Program-made: the position numbers and the translations under genes
In this document: positions 41,928-52,593 of the stretch, one piece after another
Layout of the letters: each line of letters starts with the position of its first letter
Numbering within the stretch: the stretch's first letter is position 1
Assembly (NCBI GenBank): GCA_963844715.1
Contig: CAWJPJ010000005.1
Location: 96,001 to 160,000 of the forward strand
Direction: 5' to 3'
DNA length: 64,000 bases
From: an uncultured Phycisphaerales bacterium
Lineage (GTDB): Bacteria > Planctomycetota > Phycisphaerae > Tepidisphaerales > Tepidisphaeraceae
Notes under the pieces: generated by a model
What the model saw: only the letters and a program-made list of their open reading frames with translations
The model's database searches: none
What the model was told of the DNA's origin: nothing

Positions 41928-42707
41928 TTACCCTTCCCCCTCATACTTCGATTTCTCGGGAAATGTCTCCGACAGAAATCTCCTGATCCCCTCCCCAAAC
42001 GCCGGATCGTCAAAATTAAAAAACATCTTCCCCTCGCACCCGCGCGCTACCTCTTCATAGTCCGGCTCTTTCCCCCAGAATCCGCAGCGCGAATTCTCCT
42101 CTGAGAGCTTCACCAGTTCGAACCGTTCCTTCTTATTCGCATGATTCAAAACCGCCGTCGGACCGAGTATGCCATCCCATCGCTCCTCCGCCGCGAAATC
42201 TTTCAAAGCTAAAAACGCCTCGATCACCCATTTCCGATTCAAATACGTCGGCGTATGCGTCTCGAAATTAAAACCCGAATACCCCTGACCCCGCAGCAGA
42301 TCGTAAGTCCGCCAAACCGCCTCGCGCCAAACTCCCTCCGCTCGCCGCTCGATCAGCGAGAGGTCCTCCAGATACCGAATCTTCCGCGCTTCCCCGATCG
42401 AAAAATCCCGCAGAAGAAAGAAATCATCCGAAAACAGCAGATACTCGAAAAACAATTCCGGAATCAGCGACGACAAAACCATCTGCAAAAAGAAATTCCG
42501 TACCGGCGTATTCACCCCTAGCACCGGCGCCGTGGTGCCATCCGCCACATGTTCGATTAATGAAGTGTCCCCGCTAATAAACCCCGGCCGATCCCCATAA
42601 ACCCAAACCTTCCGAACCCAAGGCGCAAACTTCCCCAAACTCCTCAGCGAATGCCGAATTTCAAAATCCCCATGCGGCGAGTGTTTATAAATATAAACAA
42701 CGTCCAT
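41928..42707 (-). CDS. Stealth-family (CR1/CR2) phosphotransferase-like protein
   Basis: MDVVY, EIRHSLRSLGKFAPWVRKV, YLLFSDDFFL, THTP, FFNFDD. Confidence 0.8.
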   Translation of the reverse strand: MDVVYIYKHSPHGDFEIRHSLRSLGKFAPWVRKVWVYGDRPGFISGDTSLIEHVADGTTAPVLGVNTPVRNFFLQMVLSSLIPELFFEYLLFSDDFFLLRDFSIGEARKIRYLEDLSLIERRAEGVWREAVWRTYDLLRGQGYSGFNFETHTPTYLNRKWVIEAFLALKDFAAEERWDGILGPTAVLNHANKKERFELVKLSEENSRCGFWGKEPDYEEVARGCEGKMFFNFDDPAFGEGIRRFLSETFPEKSKYEGEG

Positions 42708-42761
42708 GCCCCTCTTTTCCGCGATAACAAAACCAATGGATAGCCATCCATCGGCCCATTT

Positions 42762-44107
42762 TCAACCCCTCCTCCCGCGCCGCCGCCCCAGCCCCACCAA
42801 TCCCACCAGCCCCAGCACCACCGCGCTCCCCGGCTCCGGCACCGCCGTCGGAGCAAACGCAACCCCTTTAAAATTCTCGGATCCATCTCCGTTGGCCGTC
42901 TCAATTTCGTCAAACGACTCCCCACCCGGCAGCGTTGTCGCGGATAGCGAATCCGTGATCGAGTAAAGCCCGTTCGGATTGTCATCCCCCAGCGTATAGG
43001 AGCACGCGAACAGATCCACGTTCCCTCCCACAACTTCCCCAGTGATCGCCTCAAACCCGCTCTCCCCGCTGCTCCCCTTCCCGGTCGGGACCCAATCCCC
43101 ACCCGTCGGCGTCAATGTGTAGTCCAAACTCCACGTCGACCCGCTCAGCGACCACTTCTGAATCCCCCCGTCCCCCGTATTGCCCGACTTCGGCGATCCC
43201 GTGTCCGCGACATACAGCGTAGTCGAATTAGCAAAGAAAAAGCCTTCCGGACTGAAGTCGATTTCGCTCGAACCCGATTTCCCGTTCGTCGCCGGCAAAA
43301 TCTGCGTCGGCGTCGCCGCCGATGAGGTCGGCAATCCGCTGTACTCAAAAATTCCCGTCTTCGACCCGCCCGTATCCTCGGAATAATACAGATTCCCGTT
43401 ATAGGCGGTCACAAACCGCGTATCATGACTCGTCGCGATTGGCGTAGGAGTATTCCCCGGCCCCGAACTGAGCAGAAAAGTCCCCTGATCCGCGGTGCTT
43501 TCCCCCTGACCCGCCGTATAGAACGAACTCCCCGTGGCCGAATACGCGGATCGCGCGTTGTTGAGATTGTAAAGATCGTTCACCTCGGTGCTCGAATTCA
43601 CCGTTTCATTCGCAGTCACCGAAACGAAAATCCTGCGCACATCGGTATCCGCCGATTGCGCCAGCGGAATCGTCGAATGCGAAAATCCATCCCCGACGTC
43701 ACCGCTCTTTCCATTATCCGAGGCCGTCGTAGACTGAATGCCCTTGGCCGCATCCGTCGCGCTATATCCCGCAAAGGTCAGATACTGTCCATTCCCGGAA
43801 AGCTGAATATTGCCCTCCGACGACGATCCATACTCTCCGTCGACTCCGAGGTTATTACTCGCTCCCACCCCATCCGTCGTCGGAAGCTGAAACGAAAGCA
43901 GCCGCGACCCGCCCAATGGAGAAAACTCAACCAAAGTTATCGGCGTGGGCGCCCCTGCGCAATGCTCGTCCCCGGCCCCCCATACGACAACACGACCAAA
44001 TCCCCAGGCGTAAACGAAGCCCCCCGCACTCCGCCCGCTGCCGCTGCAATCGCCAATGCCGCCGACGCCGTACCTACCCTAAGCCTTGCTCTCCAGCGCA
44101 TTCTCAT
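42762..44107 (-). CDS. Secreted PEP-CTERM protein (frameshift near 43940)
   Basis: Signal peptide then FTPGDLVV; C-terminal VPEPGS-TM-RRR. Confidence 0.88.
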
Positions 44108-44245
44108 CTCCTCACCACCCCGGACCAACGAACATACGCCGGGATTGTGAGTCCCAATACTTAGGCAAGATCAATAATGCGCTAACCCCCAATTAAGATA
44201 TGCCGCAACCCCCGCCCCGTCCGCCCCCGCGTGCTCGGCTCCCCC

Positions 44246-44878
44246 TCACCTCGCCATCGGATCCGCCAATGTCGCCAGTTCATCCTCCTTCGTAAACTTC
44301 AGCGACTCCGAATTCACGCAAAACCGCAGCCCCGTCGGCCTCGGCCCGTCGTCAAACACATGCCCCAGATGACAATCGCACCGTGCGCACAAGATCTCCA
44401 CCCGCGTCATCCCATAGCTGTTGTCCGCATGCTCCACCACATTCTCCTTCGCCACCGGCTGGAAAAAACTCGGCCACCCCGTCCCCGAATTGAATTTGCC
44501 CGAAGACGAAAACAGCGGCAGCCCGCAGCACACGCACGAATAAATCCCCTCCAAATGATTATCCAAAAGATTCCCGCAAAACGGCGGCTCCGTCCCCTTC
44601 GCCCGCGCTATCGCATAAGTCTCCGCCCCCAGCAACTTCTTCCACTCCGCATCCGTCTTGACGACTTTCGCCATCTCGATCGGCCCAACCAATTCGCCCT
44701 TGCTGTTAAATACTTTCACGCTGACCATACCAGGCTCCTCAGTATCAACAATCGCCCTCTCGCCCGACCCATCGCCCAAATCTCCCCGATGACAACTCGC
44801 GAGCAACCCGCCGACCAAACAAGCGCCGCTCCATTTCAGTATCGATCGCCGGGTCACAATCGCCCTCCAGGGTGGCAT
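44246..44878 (-). CDS. msrB: Methionine-R-sulfoxide reductase with Tat/lipoprotein signal
   Basis: GTEPPF, CxxC, SGTGWPSF, HLGHVFDDGP, RFCVNS; TRRSIL...LASC. Confidence 0.95.
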   Translation of the reverse strand: MPPWRAIVTRRSILKWSGACLVGGLLASCHRGDLGDGSGERAIVDTEEPGMVSVKVFNSKGELVGPIEMAKVVKTDAEWKKLLGAETYAIARAKGTEPPFCGNLLDNHLEGIYSCVCCGLPLFSSSGKFNSGTGWPSFFQPVAKENVVEHADNSYGMTRVEILCARCDCHLGHVFDDGPRPTGLRFCVNSESLKFTKEDELATLADPMAR

Positions 44879-44915
44879 TCACACATTGTACGGGTGCAAA
44901 AGCCGTTTTGCTTGA

Positions 44916-45305
44916 TCAAATCCGCGCAAGCTGCGGCACGTGTTGAAAGTGCGGATTGCGCGAAAACAGTACAAGCTCGTGCTGGATTGCCAGCGCCGCG
45001 ATCCAGAGATCATTGGTGGGCACGGGAGTTCCCTTCCCGCGAAGCTGGAAATAGATCGCCGCGTAGTGATGGGTGGTGTCGCTGTCGGCGTATAACGCGC
45101 TCACCGTCGGCCGTTGAAGAATGCGAGTCAGCGTTGCCTCGTTTTCCCGCGCCCGAGCCCCGCAGGCAAATCCCGCCCGCAACTCCGCCAAGGCGACGAA
45201 CGGAATAAAAATCCGCGTTGCCCCCTGCATGGTTTGCACCACCGAGGGATCACCCCGCACAAAATCCGTGTACCGATTGGTGTCGAGCAGCAGGTTCATT
45301 TCCAC
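44916..45305 (-). CDS. vapC: VapC PIN-domain toxin
   Basis: LLDTN, AELRAG, NDLWIAA. Confidence 0.9.
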   Translation of the reverse strand: MEMNLLLDTNRYTDFVRGDPSVVQTMQGATRIFIPFVALAELRAGFACGARARENEATLTRILQRPTVSALYADSDTTHHYAAIYFQLRGKGTPVPTNDLWIAALAIQHELVLFSRNPHFQHVPQLARI

Positions 45306-45538
45306 AAATCCGGATCGATCTGCCGCTGATCGTTGATCGATTTCTCGAATTCAGGGTCTTCAATCCACGTCCCGATCGCGAAATCCAGATCGTGATTTTT
45401 TGCGATCTCCCCGTCGATTCCCGCTCCGCGTTTCAGCGCTTCGATGGCCACTTCGTTCAAGCTTCGCCCTTCTTTCCGCGCCTTCTGCCGAAGCGCCCTG
45501 TCCACCTCCCGCGGAATCTTTCGAAGCGTGTATTGCAT
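45296..45538 (-). CDS. RHH antitoxin (VapB/FitA-like)
   Basis: MQYTLRKIP...ARKEGRSLNE; overlaps vapC; 11-bp inverted repeat 45536-45569 over its start. Confidence 0.85.
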   Translation of the reverse strand: MQYTLRKIPREVDRALRQKARKEGRSLNEVAIEALKRGAGIDGEIAKNHDLDFAIGTWIEDPEFEKSINDQRQIDPDLWK

Positions 45539-45776
45539 GCCTACACGGTAGGCTGACAGTGTAGGCATGTCAATCCCCACAGCACAAAGCCATTCCAAGC
45601 CCCTTTCCACGAAATCCTCCACTCCATTTCCAGCGATTTCAGGGTTGCAGCGCCTCAAATCCGCGACCCCTTCAACGATCCCCTCTCGTCATCTCCAAAG
45701 GCGATCTAAACCACCCATCCACGAAGTCATAGAACCGCTGTGGCGGGAACGCGAACAAAACAAACAAAACCAATTA

Positions 45777-45892
45777 AACCGCGGATGTCACGGATAGGCG
45801 CGGATGAAAAAGCGGATTCTCCCTCCGTCTCGAAGTCCCTAAGTCTCCTCGCCTCTACCGAATTTGAATTTTCATCCGTGCCATCCGCGGTT
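45777..45892. repeat. Periodic hairpin element, CRCGGAT variant
   Basis: aaccgcggatgtcacggataggcgcggatgaaaa ... ttttcatccgtgccatccgcggtt. Confidence 0.75.
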
Positions 45893-45954
45893 AAAATTTT
45901 CTTCGCTTTCGAAGTCCACCCTCCGCGGCAGGCTTCTTCGCGGTGAAAAAAACC

Positions 45955-48413
45955 TTACCGCCGCCGTCCCTTCGCCTGCGGCTGTGCGGTCAACGGATCC
46001 TCCGGCCAGGAGTGCTTCGGATATCTCACCCGCAAATCCTTCCTCACCTGAAAATAAGTCGTCGACCAGAAACTTGTCAGATCATCCGTAATCTGCACCG
46101 GCCGAAAATTCGGCCCCAGCAGATGCAGCAGCAGCGGGGCTCTCCCTCCGGCTACCCGCGGCGTCTGCGTCCACCCGAAAATCTCCTGCAATCGAACCGC
46201 CAAAACCGGCGGCCCGTCGGCCGCATACGCAATCTCAATCCTGCTCCCGCTCGGCACCACAATCGCCTCGGGGGCTTCCCGATCCAGCATCCGATCCAGC
46301 GGATATTGCAGCCGCGCGAGCAGGGCATCGGCGAGCGAGGCGGTTTTCAAATCCTTCACACTCTTCACACCTTCGCACCTTTCACACAAAATATCGGCCA
46401 GTTCCTCCTGATCGAATTTCGGCCACGCCTGCTCCGGCATCCACCGCCGCAAAAACGCGACGCGATTCAAAACCGCCTTTGTCCGCTCATCGGACGCTAA
46501 AACTTCCGCCGCTCGCGGCCGAAGCGCCGCCGCCAAAACCTCTCCCGCCCTTTGCGGATCAACAGCCGAATCCCGCCGCTCGTCCATCGTCAAATCCAGA
46601 TACCGCGTCACCCGCGTGCAAGTCACCATTTCCTTCTGTTCATCAAACGCATAGCGACGCTCGCGCACGATCGACTCGGGAAACATCTCCTCGAGCCACT
46701 CGGACCGAATCGCGCTGGCGATCCAGACGGTCGCCTCGCGCGTCGCACTGCGCGGATCGTGGCGAAGGTCCAGCGCCAGAAAGAATTCCGATTTGCGAAC
46801 CACCGATTCGCGCGATAATCGCACTCCGCCCCCGCCGACGATCGCCGCGGCGGTGGAATTTCCGGCGCGGCGGCGGCAAACGCGATCGGGATAGGCGCAC
46901 AGCGCCAGTTTCAGCAAAGTTTCCTCCGAGGCGCGTTTCGCGGGCGCGTCGGAAAGTTTTTGCGCAGGCGGCGCAACTCGTTTCTCGCTTGCGCGTTTGC
47001 CCAGGATGAATTGCTCGCCAGGCGAATCAGCAAATCGCTGTCGGCGTGCACGTCCGTCATCGGCGGCGGCAACGTTCTTTCCGATAAAAGCGCGGCTAAA
47101 TTCGCCCCTTGATCGGCGCAGCCGATTTCAGCGGCGGCGATCAGCAATCGTCCCACGCGCGGATGAACGGGCAATCGGATCAGTTTCTTTCCGATCGAGG
47201 TCAGTTTCCCTTCCCGCAAAGCGCCCAGAAGATTCAGCAATCGCTCCGCGCCGGCGAGCGATTCCTCGGGCGGAGCATCGAACCAATCGAATTTCCGCGG
47301 ATCGGGTTTTCCCCAAGCGTGTAAATCCAGAACCGCCGAGCATAAATCGACTCGTTTCACCTCCGGCAATTCAAACTCCTTCAAATCCGCCTGCTCTTTT
47401 TGCGACCAAAGTCTCACGCATCTGCCGGGCGCGGTTCGTCCGGCGCGGCCGGCACGCTGCGCGGCGGAGGCTTGGCTTATCTTTTTCAATTCCAATCGAT
47501 CTAATCCGCGGCGTGGATCAAACGCGGCCACACGCGCAAATCCGGAATCGATCACCACGGTTACGCCGTCGATGGTGAGCGAGGTTTCGGCGATGTTCGT
47601 GGCCAGAATCACCTTGCGGTTGTTCGCCGGGCGCAAGGCGGCCATTTGTTCTTCGGCGCTCAGCGAGCCATGTAATGGCAACACGCTCGCGTCCGCGCCG
47701 CTTAATAGTCGCGCGGTGCGGCGAATCTCTTCTGCGCCGGGGAGAAAAACGAGGATGTCGCCGTCAGGGGTTTGCAATTCTTCGGAGATCGCATCGGCGG
47801 TGCGCTCGATGAGCGGATGGCCGGCGCACGGGTGGTATTGGATATCAATCGGGAACAAGCGACCCGGCACGCGAACGATCGGGCAATTCCCCAGGAAACC
47901 CGCCGCTTTCTCGGCGTCCAGCGTCGCGGACATGATGACGATCCGCAAATCCTCGCGCACCGACTCGCGCATCTCCTTCAGCATCGCCACGGCCAAGTCG
48001 CTGTGCAGGGACCGCTCGTGAAACTCGTCCAGGATCACCATCCCAACGCCATCCAGAAACGGATCCGCCAAAAGCTGGCGAGTCAGAATCCCCTCGGTCA
48101 GTATCCGCAATCGCGTCCGTGGCGAAACCTTCTTCTCAAACCGAATGTGATACCCCACCTCCCGGCCAAGCACCCAATCGTTCTCCTCAGCGATCCGAGC
48201 AGCCGCCGCCCGAGCGGCGACCCGCCGGGGTTGAAGCATGACGATATTCGGCTGGGCCGGGGTCAGGATTCCGGCACGCATGACTGCCGGCGGAAGCCGG
48301 GTAGTCTTGCCGGCGCCGGGCTCGGCGACGAGAACCAGGGAGGGATTGCGGTGCAGCGTCTCGATGATGCTGGGGAGGCACGAGTCTATTGGAAGGAAGG
48401 TCACGGGGGGCAT
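45955..48413 (-). CDS. hrpB: ATP-dependent helicase HrpB (frameshift near 46950)
   Basis: PGAGKTT, DEFHER, MSAT, QRAGRAGR, C-terminal FQVRKDLRVRYPKHSWPEDP. Confidence 0.95.
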
Positions 48414-48782
48414 TCTAGATGAGACACGGACTGACAGAGAGCTGGAGAGACGAAATGGGAGTGGCATGTGGGACCGGGATGCAAAAGTATGCGCAATCTA
48501 AATCTGGCTGACGCAATTAATGTGCCGTAAGGCTTTCGCGGATAATAGGTTATGGTTGTTGATGTGTTCGTTTCTGAAGTAGGCGCGCCTACCGGGCGTG
48601 GCGAGGCGTGGAGGCACTTAGGTACGAAGGATGGGGCGCGGCGTTGGGGTTTGAATCCGCAGTTCGAGAAGCCGTTTTTTTTTGATCAGCCGGAGGCCTC
48701 AAGCTTCCCATGCGAATTCGCAAAATGGGTGGCGAGCCCTCAGCTCCGCAGGGCGGGCTCTTTTGGAGTTCGATTTTACACC

Positions 48783-49352
48783 TCACAGCAAAGCCGCGAA
48801 CTCTCTGAATCGAGCTACAGTTTTCGGTAGTTGCTGGTTCGCGAGAATCGCGAGAAATTCTTCGACGGTTTTCGGCGGATTTTTGAGGCTTCGGCGCTGC
48901 CGCCGGGCGGCGGCGCAGACGGCGGGGGAATCCAAATCGAATAAGCGCGTTATGAATACGTCCGGGTGTTGGGGTTCGATTCCGCGCGGGTTGAGCACCT
49001 TCGCGGGGAAATCGTCCAGATTGTAGGTCACGATGACATCCGCGCGGGCGCGGATGGCGGCGGCCAATACGTGGCGATCGTTGGGATCGGGCAATTTCAA
49101 TTTGTCGATGAGGCCTTCGTATCCGGTGACGAGACAATCGAGTACATGGGCGTTCATCAGGCGGCGGGTTCGTTCAAGTTGGCGCCGCTTCAAGTCAGGG
49201 CGATTGATCGACAGGTTGCTTATCCATTCATCGTGAATCTGGTCGGTCCAGCGGGCTCGGAAAAGATCGGTCATGGCCAAGTGCATGAGCAAATCGCGGA
49301 GCGGAGCGGGGTAGAGGACGCAGGCGTCGTAAAGGGCCGTGAAACTTGGCAT
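48783..49352 (-). CDS. PIN-domain protein
   Basis: YDACVLYP...DPNDRHVLAAAI...IVTYNLDDFP. Confidence 0.9.
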   Translation of the reverse strand: MPSFTALYDACVLYPAPLRDLLMHLAMTDLFRARWTDQIHDEWISNLSINRPDLKRRQLERTRRLMNAHVLDCLVTGYEGLIDKLKLPDPNDRHVLAAAIRARADVIVTYNLDDFPAKVLNPRGIEPQHPDVFITRLFDLDSPAVCAAARRQRRSLKNPPKTVEEFLAILANQQLPKTVARFREFAALL

Positions 49353-49357
49353 GCGGG

Positions 49358-49807
49358 CTAATAGCCCATGTTAAGTTCTTGCGCCTGGGCGGCCAAATCG
49401 TCGAGGGCTTTCAGGCGTCCTCGATCGGTCTTTTGGCGGTAGGCGAGCAGATCGCTGAAGAGGAGGCGGCGATGAGAGCCGATTTTGCGGGAGGGGATTT
49501 TGCCGGCATCGAGGAGCTTAACGAGAAATGGACGCGAGACGCCCAGGGCATCGGCAGCCTGCTGGGTGGTGAGCTCGGCGTGAGTGGGAAGGAGCGAGAC
49601 GGCATTGCCGGCGGCCATCTCGCAGAGCATTCGGACCAGCAGCCGGACCGCCGAGGCGGGAAGGGTGATGAGTTCGCATTTTTCCCCCGCGATTTGGATT
49701 TTCAGGTCGCGCCGAGCATCAGCGCGCAGACGGCGGCTCGATTCACTTGCCAATTGGGCTTCGGCCCTGGTGGGGGGGACGGGTTCTCGCAGGGTTGCCG
49801 TGGACAT
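49358..49807 (-). CDS. Excisionase-like HTH DNA-binding protein (antitoxin partner of PIN)
   Basis: ELTTQQAADALGVSRPFLVKLL...HRR; ends QELNMGY. Confidence 0.88.
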   Translation of the reverse strand: MSTATLREPVPPTRAEAQLASESSRRLRADARRDLKIQIAGEKCELITLPASAVRLLVRMLCEMAAGNAVSLLPTHAELTTQQAADALGVSRPFLVKLLDAGKIPSRKIGSHRRLLFSDLLAYRQKTDRGRLKALDDLAAQAQELNMGY

Positions 49808-50157
49808 GGTTTGGCTCCGGTTTGTGTCCTCAAATATCATATCGGACAAACGAAACAAACGCAACAGTCGAAATAATCGAAATCATGCATATCTTCGCGC
49901 CTGGGGGAGCGAATTAAATCTCCAGAAATCCACCGCGCTTGAGCCAGCAGCGGCCATTTAGGGAAGTGACCCCTTTTCGTCCGCCCTTTGCGCCGTGGCA
50001 GGCGGAGAGTTGGGGCCGAAATTCGCATGGCAGCGCGGTGGGCGTTCGTTGGAGCGCGTCGAAAGTCCTTCTCCAAGCGTTCGATTGGAGGGGTATGAGG
50101 GGTCTTTGGTCGACAATATACGCCGCGCGAGCGCGGCGGCCAACGGGGGGCTTCGCT

Positions 50158-51840
50158 TCACACCTCCAGCGAATGGATAATCGCCTCCAGCTTATGGAAG
50201 TCGATCGGCTTGGTCAGATGCTGACAGAACCCCGCATCCGTGCTTCGCGCGATGTCGTCTTCCATGCCGAAGCCGCTCAGGCAGATGCCTCTCAGGCCGT
50301 GCTGATCTCGGAGCAGGCGCATGAGTTCCAGGCCGTTGCCGTCGGGGAGGCCTACGTCGCTGATGACGAGGTCGAATTCTTCTTGCTTCGCGGCGGCAAG
50401 CGCGGATTTTACGCCGGGGGCTTCGCGGACTTTGTGGGTGCGGCCTAGCAATCGGACCAGACTTTGCCGCGTGTCCTCGTGATCCTCGACCAGCAAAATC
50501 CTCAGCGGTCTGGCGGTGTAATTGGCGGCGGGGGGTTGGGCCTCGTCACGCCGTCTTTGCGGGGTTGCGACGGCGGGGAGCGTCAGGATAAAGGTGGCGC
50601 CGCGATTGGGGCCTTCGCTTTGGGCGATGATGGTTCCGCCGTGCATTTCGGCGAGGCGTTTGCTGATCGCCAGGCCCAGGCCCAGGCCGCCGAATTGCTG
50701 GGTGATCGCCTGGCCCGCCTGCTCGAAAGGGGTGAAGATGCGGCCGATGACTTCGGGTTCGATGCCGATGCCGGTGTCGATGATGGTGATGCAGAGTTTG
50801 TCCGCATCGTTATGAGATCGAATGATGATTTGCCCGCCGGCGGGGGTGAATTTGACGGCGTTTCGAATCAGGTTCCAGAGGATCTGCTGGATGCGCACGG
50901 CGTCGCCATTCACGTACGATTCGGTCGCGCGAAGGGCCTGAATGACTTCGAGGCGCTTATTGGAAATGTCGCTGCGGCAAATCTCCAGAGCATCGGCGAT
51001 CACGGAATGCACATCCACCATGCTGTTGCGAAGCTCGATTTTCCCGCGCACGATGCGGGTCAGATCGAGCAGATCGTCAATCAGGCGGGCTTCCAACTCG
51101 ATATTCCGGCGCAGCAATTCCAGTTGCTCGCGCACGGCAGGGGGAAGGGATGGGTCGGCGGCGAGTGAATCAGCGGTCATCAGGACCGGAGTCAGCGGAG
51201 TGCGCAGCTCGTGCGACAACGCGGCCAGGAAATTATCCTTGGCCTCGCTGGCGGCTTCGGCGTCCTGGCGGGCTTTGACCAGGGCATCGTTTTGCAATTG
51301 CAGTTGCGTCTGAACATCGCGCAGGTTTTCCAGCGCGGAGGCGAGTTCGCGCTTCTCCTCCTGCTCGGTGAGATCGGTCACCACCACGCAAATGGTCTCG
51401 ACTTCATCCACCGGCAGGCGACAAAACGCCAGCTGAGCCGGCACGAGCGATCCATCCGCGGCCTCGAGCACGTAGCGGACTTTGGTCTGGGACGGCTCGC
51501 GCAGGATTTGCTCCATCTCGGGCTGGTCGGCGGCACGAATGAACGACTTGATCTGCGAGCCGATCACCTTCTCGAGACGCGAATGGACCATTTCCGCGAA
51601 GCGGCGGTTGCAATAGAGGATGGTCCCATCGGTCGCGATGGTGACCGCGCCTTCGAGCATCTGCTCGACAAAGACGCGATAGGGCTGCTCGGCTCCCTTG
51701 AGGCTGAAGACCTGGTCGCCATTCGGGCCGGAAACAACGAGGGAATCGACTTCGCCATTGCGGATGGCGCTGAGGGTTTCTTCGGCCTCGCGAAGGCGAG
51801 TGCGAAGGTCTTCCAATTCGACCGTGGTGTACTTAGCCAT
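50158..51840 (-). CDS. PAS hybrid histidine kinase with receiver
   Basis: PAS, SHELRTPL, NAVKFT, GLGLGL, C-terminal REC (ISDVGLP, TKP). Confidence 0.93.
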   Translation of the reverse strand: MAKYTTVELEDLRTRLREAEETLSAIRNGEVDSLVVSGPNGDQVFSLKGAEQPYRVFVEQMLEGAVTIATDGTILYCNRRFAEMVHSRLEKVIGSQIKSFIRAADQPEMEQILREPSQTKVRYVLEAADGSLVPAQLAFCRLPVDEVETICVVVTDLTEQEEKRELASALENLRDVQTQLQLQNDALVKARQDAEAASEAKDNFLAALSHELRTPLTPVLMTADSLAADPSLPPAVREQLELLRRNIELEARLIDDLLDLTRIVRGKIELRNSMVDVHSVIADALEICRSDISNKRLEVIQALRATESYVNGDAVRIQQILWNLIRNAVKFTPAGGQIIIRSHNDADKLCITIIDTGIGIEPEVIGRIFTPFEQAGQAITQQFGGLGLGLAISKRLAEMHGGTIIAQSEGPNRGATFILTLPAVATPQRRRDEAQPPAANYTARPLRILLVEDHEDTRQSLVRLLGRTHKVREAPGVKSALAAAKQEEFDLVISDVGLPDGNGLELMRLLRDQHGLRGICLSGFGMEDDIARSTDAGFCQHLTKPIDFHKLEAIIHSLEV

Positions 51841-51874
51841 AGAACTCTATCCCTGGGGCTCGCTGAGCCGGATG

Positions 51875-52213
51875 CTATTGCAAGTTTAAACCGAGGAGGA
51901 TTTTATCCGCATCGGACAAATCGCCGACGAATTTTCGCAATGGTTCGGGGAGCTTTTTGATCAGGGTCGGGGCCGCGATAATTTGCTCGCGGCTGGCCAA
52001 AAGGGGCTGCTGGGAGATGTCGATGACTTCCAGGTCGTACCGGCCGGGCAGATGTTTTTCGCAAAGATGGCGCAAGTTTTCGATGGCCCGGCCGGACATT
52101 GGCGTGTTTCCGGTGATATAGAGGCGGAGCATATCGCGCTCGGCATGTTCTGAAGCGAATGCGACGGCCCGCTCAAAATACTTCGAGCGGTCTACGTCGC
52201 TGTGCTTCTTCAT
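51875..52213 (-). CDS. kaiB: KaiB-like protein 2
   Basis: LRLYITGNTPMSGRAIENL...APTLIKKLPEPLRKFVGDLS. Confidence 0.9.
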   Translation of the reverse strand: MKKHSDVDRSKYFERAVAFASEHAERDMLRLYITGNTPMSGRAIENLRHLCEKHLPGRYDLEVIDISQQPLLASREQIIAAPTLIKKLPEPLRKFVGDLSDADKILLGLNLQ

Positions 52214-52254
52214 TGAATCCGCCTGATGCCCTGGTGGGCCGCTTGATGATTTCC

Positions 52255-52593
52255 TTAATCGATGACCCGAATGTCCATGCCGACAAGGAACTTTTCCTTG
52301 TTCGAGAGATTCCCGATGATGCGCTTTAACGGAGGAGGCAATCGGCGCACCAGCGTTGGCAATGCGAAAATCTGGTCCGCCTTGGCCAGCTCCGGGTTCT
52401 GGACGAGATCGATAACCTCGATTTTGTAGCGCCCGGGCATAAATTCCTCGCACAGCCGCTTGAGATTGGCGAAAGCGGCAAACGATTTGGTGGTTTGACC
52501 CGCGACATATAGGTGCAGGCTGTACGACCGATTGTCGCTGTCGGGGGCACCGTGTTTCGGGTGGCCGTCCCCCTTGCGCGGTTGAGTTTGCAC
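52255..52593 (-). CDS. kaiB: KaiB-like protein 1
   Basis: [12 protein letters not shown]...[20 protein letters not shown]. Confidence 0.92.
   Translation of the reverse strand: MQTQPRKGDGHPKHGAPDSDNRSYSLHLYVAGQTTKSFAAFANLKRLCEEFMPGRYKIEVIDLVQNPELAKADQIFALPTLVRRLPPPLKRIIGNLSNKEKFLVGMDIRVID

Noticed and set aside
48480..48780. Possible ncRNA or dif-like site between hrpB and the PIN gene
   Set aside because: Only short palindromes (gtaggcgcgcctac, gagccc...gggctc); no recognisable family; an Rfam search would be needed
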